Virus record (IMG/VR): IMGVR_UViG_2534681628_000022
DNA length: 5,674 nt
Direction: 5' to 3' (one strand)
Source of the DNA: a virus
Taxonomy: Duplodnaviria; Heunggongvirae; Uroviricota; Caudoviricetes
Part shown: positions 1 through 5,674 of the stretch, in pieces
Layout: every line of letters starts with the position of its first letter
How positions within the stretch are numbered: the stretch's first letter is position 1
Notes under the pieces: model-generated
The model's input: only the letters and a program-made list of their open reading frames with translations
Told to the model about the DNA's origin: nothing
Database searches by the model: none
Translations under genes and position numbers: made by a program

Positions 1-525
1 TTATACAGCTTTTTTTACATCGTCTTCTCTTGCCGGGAGGTTGTGTTCCTTATTTTCATACTGAGATAAAATCTCTCTCGCTTTTTCCGGCGGTAATGCT
101 TGAAGTGTCTGTAGGGTTCTTTGTTGTTCTACAGTAACCCCCAATGCTTCTAACGCTTTATCTTTGCTAACAATTGTCGGCATAAGACCTTTAATTCCTG
201 CCACACGAATGATCTCAATAGCCGCAGCTTGCTCATCAGGCGTTAAGAAACTCATTGCATAAACTAGCCGCTCATCAACTGTATGATGGCTTGGTACATG
301 TACTGGAGGGGTATCAGAAAATGATGCTCCCTTAATAGCCCTTTGGGTTTCTTCTGGTAAGCTGTTGATGTGATATTCATAAGCCACACCTTTTCCACCA
401 TGACGTTGACGTTTTACCCAATCTTCTGCCACAGCCTTTCTGGTAATGTTAGTCGCCAACTTTGGCACACCAGGCATCCCCTCCAGCTCTTTCGCATTAA
501 ACCATTCTTTGATTTCAAAAGACAT
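1..525 (-). CDS. c: Mu/D108-type phage repressor (c), 174 aa, complete
   Basis: Minus-strand ORF with ATG at 525-523 and TAA at 3-1. The N-terminal ~65 aa are paralogous to the N-terminus of the downstream transposase (shared [20 protein letters not shown]...W..RQ..GKGV). The C-terminal tail (LPPEKAREILSQY...VKKAV) resembles the Mu c repressor C-terminus as I recall it. It is divergent from ner-A-B, as in Mu-family immunity regions. Confidence 0.85.
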   Translation of the reverse strand: MSFEIKEWFNAKELEGMPGVPKLATNITRKAVAEDWVKRQRHGGKGVAYEYHINSLPEETQRAIKGASFSDTPPVHVPSHHTVDERLVYAMSFLTPDEQAAAIEIIRVAGIKGLMPTIVSKDKALEALGVTVEQQRTLQTLQALPPEKAREILSQYENKEHNLPAREDDVKKAV

Positions 526-658
526 TGTTTAAAATCCCAATGATTTCATTAAAGTTGAAAAAATCACTTTAAATTTCAAATAATTAATCAAGATGCTGTA
601 AAATCTTTTCAAATCATCATTGATTCCAAAAAGATTTCACTGTACATTGCTCGATATG
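526..658. promoter_or_regulatory. Divergent operator / early promoter region between repressor and ner; by analogy with Mu also the transposition enhancer
   Basis: 133-bp AT-rich non-coding gap between divergent genes. GATTYCA recurs at 542-548, 622-628 and 633-639; related AAATCAY at 561-567 and 611-617. One IHF-like match AATCAAgatgCTG at 586-598 (one mismatch to WATCAANNNNTTR) follows an A/T tract. Individual operator sites cannot be assigned from sequence alone. Confidence 0.6.
620..648 (+). promoter_or_regulatory. Candidate rightward early promoter (Pe-like)
   Basis: -35 TTGATT (620-625), 17-bp spacer, -10 TACATT (643-648). This would place the transcript start just upstream of the palindrome at 659-688. 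Sequence-only prediction; the -35 overlaps one GATTYCA repeat. Confidence 0.4.
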
Positions 659-688
659 CCGTGAGCTACTTTGCAGAGTAGCTCACGG
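659..688. promoter_or_regulatory. Perfect 12-bp inverted repeat with 6-bp spacer; candidate Ner operator
   Basis: CCGTGAGCTACT (659-670), TTGCAG spacer, AGTAGCTCACGG (677-688); the arms are exact reverse complements. It sits between the predicted early promoter and the ner start codon. No T-run follows, so it is not an intrinsic terminator. Confidence 0.55.
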
Positions 689-712
689 GTGAATCTGAAA
701 GGATTACATGAA

Positions 713-934
713 ATGCATATGAATAAAAGAGCTAACCGCCAAGACTGGCATCGGGCTGACATCGTTGCTGAGTTACGAAAACGCAATATGTCACTGGCCG
801 AATTGGGAAGATCGAATCATCTTTCGTCTTCAACATTAAAAAATGCTTTAGATAAGAGATACCCAAAAGCGGAAAAAATCATTGCAGATGCATTGGGAAT
901 GACACCGCAGGATATCTGGCCATCTCGATACTAG
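713..934 (+). CDS. ner: Ner-family DNA-binding regulator, 73 aa
   Basis: ATG at 713 preceded by AGGA (699-702); stop TAG 932-934. The protein ([34 protein letters not shown]...[14 protein letters not shown]) has the Ner signature DWHRAD...IWPSRY. The ORF track starts at TTG 671, but that lies inside the palindrome and has no RBS, so I prefer 713 (719 is also possible). Confidence 0.85.
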
Positions 935-941
935 GTGCGCT

Positions 942-2930
942 ATGAAAGAGTGGTATACAGCGAAGGAATTGCTTGGTTTTGCTGGTTTGCCAAAGCAAGC
1001 AACTAACATTACACGTAAGGCACAAAGAGAAGGCTGGGTGTTTAGGCAAGTTACAGGTACTAAAGGTGTATCATTTGAATTCAATATCAAATCATTTCCT
1101 GTTGCATTACGTGCTGAAATTTTATTGCAACAAGGAGGTATTGAAACAAGCCAGGGCCGTTTTGAAATCGCCCGCCCCACGCTGGAAGCCCATGATTATG
1201 ATCGTGAGGCACTGTGGAGCAAATGGGATAATGCCAGCGATTCCCAGCGCAGACTTGCTGAAAAATGGTTGCCTGCGGTTCAGGCTGCAGACGAAATGCT
1301 GAACCAGGGGATTTCAACGAAAACGGCATTTGCGACCGTTGCAGGACATTACCAGGTCAGCGCATCCACTTTGCGAGACAAATATTACCAGGTACAGAAG
1401 TTTGCGAAGCCTGACTGGGCGGCTGCGCTTGTTGATGGACGTGGTGCATCCCGTCGCAACGTTCACAAAAGTGAATTTGACGAGGATGCCTGGCAGTTTC
1501 TGATTGCAGATTATCTGCGACCAGAAAAACCCGCCTTCCGCAAATGTTATGAGCGTCTGGAACTGGCAGCCCGCGAGCATGGCTGGAGTATTCCCTCCCG
1601 TGCCACGGCCTTTCGCCGGATTCAGCAACTGGACGAGGCAATGGTTGTTGCCTGTCGTGAAGGTGAACATGCACTGATGCATCTGATACCGGCACAGCAG
1701 CGAACTGTGGAACACCTGGACGCCATGCAGTGGATCAACGGCGACGGTTATCTGCATAACGTCTTTGTACGCTGGTTTAACGGTGATGTGATCCGCCCGA
1801 AAACATGGTTCTGGCAGGATGTGAAAACCCGAAAAATTCTGGGCTGGCGCTGCGATGTGAGCGAGAACATTGATTCAATTCGCCTCTCGTTCATGGATGT
1901 TGTGACTCGCTACGGTATCCCGGAGGATTTTCACATCACCATTGATAACACCCGTGGTGCTGCGAATAAATGGCTGACGGGAGGCGCGCCCAATCGCTAC
2001 CGCTTTAAGGTAAAAGAGGACGATCCAAAGGGACTGTTTTTACTGATGGGCGCGAAAATGCACTGGACAAGCGTTGTTGCTGGTAAAGGCTGGGGCCAGG
2101 CAAAACCTGTTGAACGTGCTTTCGGTGTTGGTGGGCTTGAGGAATACGTTGATAAGCATCCGGCACTGGCTGGCGCATATACGGGGCCAAATCCTCAGGC
2201 AAAACCTGATAACTATGGCGACCGCGCTGTTGATGCAGAGCTGTTTCTGAAAACCCTTGCCGAAGGTGTGGCGATGTTCAATGCCAGAACAGGCCGTGAA
2301 ACAGAAATGTGCGGGGGCAAACTCTCGTTTGATGATGTTTTCGAGCGTGAATACGCCAGAACGATTGTGCGTAAGCCAACCGAAGAACAAAAACGGATGC
2401 TGTTACTGCCTGCCGAGGCGGTGAACGTTTCACGCAAAGGCGAGTTTACGCTTAAAGTTGGCGGCTCCCTTAAAGGCGCAAAAAACGTTTATTACAACAT
2501 GGCATTAATGAATGCCGGCGTGAAAAAAGTTGTGGTCAGGTTTGATCCGCAGCAGCTACACAGCACGGTTTATTGTTACACCCTGGACGGTCGGTTTATC
2601 TGTGAAGCGGAATGTCTGGCACCTGTTGCATTTAATGATGCAGCGGCAGGCCGTGAATATCGCCGCCGCCAGAAACAACTGAAATCTGCAACTAAAGCAG
2701 CCATTAAGGCGCAGAAACAAATGGACGCGCTGGAAGTTGCTGAACTGCTGCCGCAGATAGCCGAACCTGAAGCACCAGAATCACGAATTGTCGGCATTTT
2801 CCGGCCTTCCGGTAATACGGAACGGGTGAAGAATCAGGAGCGTGATGATGAATACGAAACTGAGCGTGATGAATATCTGAATCATTCGCTGGATATTCTG
2901 GAACAGAACAGACGTAAAAAAGCCATTTAA
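942..2930 (+). CDS. A: Mu-family DDE transposase A, 662 aa
   Basis: From about residue 65 onward it matches the MuA sequence as I recall it almost exactly. DDE triad at D268 (1743-1745, NGDGY), D335 (1944-1946, ITIDNTRG) and E391 (2112-2114, KPVERAFG), matching MuA D269/D336/E392 offset by one. C-terminus ends QNRRKKAI, the MuA ClpX recognition tail. SD AGGTG at 929-933. The N-terminal ~65 aa differ from Mu, as described for D108. Confidence 0.97.
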
Positions 2931-2968
2931 TTAACGTTTAAACAAAATTTAATTACGAGGTTATTCAG

Positions 2969-3907
2969 ATGAATATTTCCGATATTCGCGCAGGACTGCG
3001 CACGCTTGTAGAAAATGAAGAAACCACCTTTAAACAAATTGCTCTTGAGAGCGGACTTTCTACCGGAACTATCAGTAGTTTTATCAATGATAAGTACAAC
3101 GGGGATAACGAGCGTGTTTCACAAATGCTGCAACGCTGGCTGGAAAAATATCATGCAGTTGCAGAACTACCTGAACCGCCCCGCTTTGTGGAAACGCAGA
3201 CGGTAAAACAAATCTGGACAAGTATGCGTTTTGCCAGCCTGACTGAAAGTATTGCTGTTGTATGTGGCAATCCTGGTGTGGGCAAAACCGAAGCGGCCCG
3301 TGAATATCGCCGCACCAATAACAATGTCTGGATGATCACCATTACGCCATCCTGTGCCAGCGTTCTGGAATGCCTGACTGAACTGGCGTTTGAGCTGGGA
3401 ATGAATGACGCACCACGCCGTAAAGGGCCACTCTCCCGTGCCCTGCGACGTCGCCTTGAAGGTACACAGGGGCTGGTTATCATCGACGAAGCTGATCATC
3501 TTGGTGCCGAAGTTCTGGAAGAACTCCGCCTGTTACAGGAATCAACCCGCACTGGCCTTGTGCTGATGGGAAATCACCGGGTTTATTCAAATATGACGGG
3601 AGGTAACAGAACGGTTGAATTTGCCCGTCTGTTTTCCCGTATTGCCAAGCGCACTGCAATTAATAAAACAAAAAAAGCCGATGTAAAAGCTATTGCGGAT
3701 GCCTGGCAGATTAACGGCGAAAATGAACTGGAGTTATTACAGCAGATTGCGCAGAAACCAGGTGCGCTTCGCATTCTGAATCATTCACTTCGCCTTGCCG
3801 CCATGACGGCTCACGGTAAAGGTGAGCGTGTTAACGAAGATTATCTGCGTCAGGCTTTCCGTGAATTAGACCTGGACGTTGATATTTCAACGCTGCTGCG
3901 TAATTAA
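2969..3907 (+). CDS. B: Mu B transposition target-DNA activator (AAA+ ATPase), 312 aa
   Basis: Begins MNISDIRAGLRTLVENEETTFKQIAL, matching MuB as recalled. Walker A GNPGVGKT at 3266-3289 (lysine 106), Walker B VIIDEADHL around 3475-3500. SD ACGAGG at 2954-2959. Confidence 0.97.
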   Translation: MNISDIRAGLRTLVENEETTFKQIALESGLSTGTISSFINDKYNGDNERVSQMLQRWLEKYHAVAELPEPPRFVETQTVKQIWTSMRFASLTESIAVVCGNPGVGKTEAAREYRRTNNNVWMITITPSCASVLECLTELAFELGMNDAPRRKGPLSRALRRRLEGTQGLVIIDEADHLGAEVLEELRLLQESTRTGLVLMGNHRVYSNMTGGNRTVEFARLFSRIAKRTAINKTKKADVKAIADAWQINGENELELLQQIAQKPGALRILNHSLRLAAMTAHGKGERVNEDYLRQAFRELDLDVDISTLLRN

Positions 3908-3922
3908 GAAGGAGAAGAAATT

Positions 3923-4150
3923 ATGATGGCCCGAAATATAAAAATGGCAACGGATGCGCAGAACTGGTTACAGGCGCGCGGGAGTCATGTAAATGAATCA
4001 TATCTCGGCGTGGCGCGTCCGATTCTTGAAATCACTTACCCACCGGTGGAACTGGTAAAAAACGCGGTCAGGATTATGGAGCATAAGTCCGGGGTGGCCC
4101 GTTCTGTATGGACGGCCCGTCTTAATGGTTGTCAGATAATCTGGAGGTAG
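3923..4150 (+). CDS. kil: Kil-like small early protein, 75 aa
   Basis: Immediately downstream of B, as kil is in Mu; strong SD GAAGGAG at 3908-3914; size matches Mu Kil (~74 aa). Assignment is by position and size; I cannot verify sequence identity to Mu Kil without a search. Confidence 0.7.
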
Positions 4151-4157
4151 CATTTTA

Positions 4158-4370
4158 ATGATGGTGATAAACATTCACGATAATCTGGGAATCAGTAAGT
4201 TAATCAACCTTGATAATGTCAGTGTAATGGAAACGACTGTTGAGGGTGGTGTTGCTTTTGAATTTATTGATGGTCACAGGCTGGTCGTTCATGTCGGCAA
4301 CCATCATCACGCAGAAAATGTGCTTTGTGAACTTAACAAAATCACAAATGCAACACCCGTTAATCAATAA
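4158..4370 (+). CDS. Hypothetical small early protein, 70 aa
   Basis: GGAGG at 4143-4147 upstream of ATG 4158 (second ATG at 4161). Tightly packed in the early operon, same strand. Contains a His cluster (VVHVGNHHHAENV). No recognisable domain. Confidence 0.6.
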   Translation: MMVINIHDNLGISKLINLDNVSVMETTVEGGVAFEFIDGHRLVVHVGNHHHAENVLCELNKITNATPVNQ

Positions 4371-4381
4371 GGAGAAACAAA

Positions 4382-4645
4382 ATGGCAAAAGTAATTATTG
4401 AAATTAAAAATACAGTGTCTGGAATTAAAGGACGGAATTTGCGCACCAGCATTGCGGTGGACGGTAGTGTGGAGCTGGACGGTGATGAGGGGACACTTGC
4501 TGGCATGGTGGCGTTACTGGTGCTTAATAAAAGCCAGAAAATAATTAATGAGTCAGCCCATGAAGTTATTGAGATTTTGAAAAGCGATGCTGCCATCACC
4601 GGTGGCCGTGTCACTGAAATGACTGTTGGAAAAACACGCCACTGA
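4382..4645 (+). CDS. Hypothetical small early protein, 87 aa
   Basis: Strong SD AAGGAGA at 4369-4375, 6 nt before ATG 4382. Gly/Asp-rich N-terminal half and a hydrophobic stretch GTLAGMVALLVL too short for a confident transmembrane helix. No recognisable domain. Confidence 0.65.
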   Translation: MAKVIIEIKNTVSGIKGRNLRTSIAVDGSVELDGDEGTLAGMVALLVLNKSQKIINESAHEVIEILKSDAAITGGRVTEMTVGKTRH

Positions 4646-4659
4646 AAGGAATTCCGGCA

Positions 4660-5079
4660 ATGAACAACAAAATCCGAAATGAAATTCAGGCATTAATCCG
4701 AATTCAGAAACGCAATAACAACGGCGGTGAATTACGCGAGTTTATTTGCGCCCGAAAAGTTGATGGCTATGGTGAAAAAACTTACCTGATTACTTTCGAC
4801 CATTACAGCATCTGTGCGCGTTATTGCGGCGAAAGCATATCCCGTGCCATTGCATCTGGCGGTGCGTTCAACGTGGATTTATGGGAGTACGTCATGGACC
4901 GGGAATACATCTGCGCATCAGACCAGAAAGTCCGTGAAATGTGGCAGCGTATCTGGCGCGATTACCGGTTAATGGCAAAAGGCTGGGCGCGCTGCTGTTA
5001 TTCCTCGCTTGCCCTGAAAGCGGTTCAGTTATCGCTGCGGCATATTCCGGCACCACTGCACGAGCTTCTGCTGTACTGA
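4660..5079 (+). CDS. Hypothetical early protein, 139 aa, Cys-containing
   Basis: SD AAAGGA at 4645-4650 before ATG 4660. Basic N-terminus (IRIQKRNNNGGELREF). Six Cys (30, 52, 56, 85, 112, 113) and several His, with no canonical zinc-finger spacing. Confidence 0.65.
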   Translation: MNNKIRNEIQALIRIQKRNNNGGELREFICARKVDGYGEKTYLITFDHYSICARYCGESISRAIASGGAFNVDLWEYVMDREYICASDQKVREMWQRIWRDYRLMAKGWARCCYSSLALKAVQLSLRHIPAPLHELLLY

Positions 5080-5379
5080 ATGGTGACTGACATGAAGTGT
5101 AATCGTAAGCGCTGGTCACGCGAAGACCGGGAATTTATCGAAGCCAGTGTCGGGAAAATGACCGTTGAAGAAATGGCGGAAAAACTGAAAGTCGCCACAA
5201 CCGCCCTCCGGGCACATGCCAGAAGGCACGGAATTTCATTGTGTGTATACCGAATCAGTGAACACGACAAATATTTATGTCGTGAACTTTATAAAGAAGG
5301 ACTGGATATTCATGTCATTGCCCGAAAGATGGAATTAAGCAATCGGGCTGTATCCAGCATTGTATACAGCGGATATTAA
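5080..5379 (+). CDS. Hypothetical early protein, 99 aa, with two helix-turn-helix-like segments (putative DNA-binding)
   Basis: ATG 5080 directly abuts the upstream stop (TGAATG at 5077-5082); alternative ATG at 5092 preceded by GGTGA. Segments WSREDREFIEASVGKMTVEEMAEKLKVATTALRAHARRHGIS and LYKEGLDIHVIARKMELSNRAVSSIV have HTH-like periodicity; this is inference from sequence only. Confidence 0.6.
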   Translation: MVTDMKCNRKRWSREDREFIEASVGKMTVEEMAEKLKVATTALRAHARRHGISLCVYRISEHDKYLCRELYKEGLDIHVIARKMELSNRAVSSIVYSGY

Positions 5380-5398
5380 TTAACAGGAGCTTTAATTT

Positions 5399-5674
5399 AT
5401 GGCTAAACCAGCAAAACGTATCAAGAGTGCCGCAGCGGCTTATATGCCACAAAACCGCGATGCGGTGATTACCGATATTAAACGCATCGGGGATTTACAG
5501 CGCGAAGCATCACGTCTGGAAACGGAAATGAATGATGCCATCGCGGAAATTACGGAGAAATTTGCGGCCCGGATTGCACCGATTAAAACCGATATTGAAA
5601 CCCTTTCAAAAGGCGTTCAGGGATGGTGTGAAGCGAACCGCGACGAACTGACGAACGGCGGCAAAGTGAAGACG
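5399..5674 (+). CDS. gam: Gam (Mu-type host-nuclease inhibitor, DNA-end binding), N-terminal 92 codons; truncated by window end
   Basis: ATG at 5399 with SD AGGAG at 5385-5389; the frame stays open to 5674. The translation MAKPAKRIKSAAAAYMPQNRDAVITDIKRIGDLQREASRLETEMNDAIAEITEKFAARIAPIKTDIETLSKGVQGWCEANRDELTNGGKVKT matches the Mu Gam N-terminus as I recall it. It is absent from the ORF track because no stop falls inside the window. Confidence 0.85.
   Translation, partial: MAKPAKRIKSAAAAYMPQNRDAVITDIKRIGDLQREASRLETEMNDAIAEITEKFAARIAPIKTDIETLSKGVQGWCEANRDELTNGGKVKT

Noticed and set aside
1-30. Phage left end (attL) or host junction at the window start
   Set aside because: The window begins at the repressor stop codon; in Mu-family phages the left end is several hundred bp beyond the repressor, so it lies outside this window.
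555-579. Short inverted repeat TTGAAA ... TTTCAA in the operator region
   Set aside because: Only 6 bp per arm in AT-rich sequence; it cannot be extended and is likely chance.
659-688. The palindrome as a rho-independent terminator
   Set aside because: No U-run follows the stem on either strand, and it lies at the start of the early operon; an operator is the better explanation.
973-1302. Plus-strand 109-aa ORF in an alternative frame inside A
   Set aside because: It is fully contained in the transposase gene in a different frame; the protein is low-complexity with no start context.
848-1757. Minus-strand ORFs overlapping ner and A (848-1180, 1087-1329, 1314-1757, 1357-1695)
   Set aside because: They lie antisense within the strongly supported transposase and ner genes, have no RBS or homology signal, and are best explained as chance open frames.
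2005-2797. Minus-strand ORFs inside the A coding region (2005-2202, 2040-2390, 2213-2437, 2576-2797)
   Set aside because: Antisense to the transposase core, with no independent support.
3015-3774. ORFs overlapping B (3015-3206 plus; 3151-3483, 3167-3499 and 3583-3774 minus)
   Set aside because: Contained within B, whose frame is unambiguous (Walker A/B motifs in register); these are spurious.
4200-5270. Minus-strand ORFs opposite the small early genes (4200-4388, 4360-4614, 4892-5119, 5025-5270)
   Set aside because: The plus-strand ORFs have RBSs and operon-consistent spacing; the minus-strand ones have no RBS or promoter context. The 4360-4614 translation is Ser/Leu-rich low-complexity, typical of antisense reading.
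1-5674. A CRISPR array, tRNA/rRNA gene or recognisable defence/toxin-antitoxin system
   Set aside because: No spaced direct repeats, no tRNA-like structures, and no ORFs with recognisable nuclease, methylase, toxin or other defence signatures; the whole window is accounted for by a Mu-type early operon.

Overview
This window is the left-end early (immunity and transposition) region of a Mu-like transposable phage, most likely a D108-type relative of Mu. Calls rest on reading the sequence and on recalled Mu protein sequences; no database search was run. On the minus strand sits a c-type repressor (1-525), followed by an AT-rich operator/enhancer region and then a tightly packed rightward operon: ner, transposase A (DDE), ATPase B, kil, four small uncharacterised ORFs, and the 5' part of gam, which runs off the window end. 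The phage left end (attL) and any host junction lie upstream of position 1 and are not visible. I see no CRISPR array, tRNA/rRNA or known defence system. The parts most worth a second look are a perfect 12-bp palindrome at the ner start, the N-terminal DNA-binding module shared by repressor and transposase, and the uncharacterised small genes between kil and gam.
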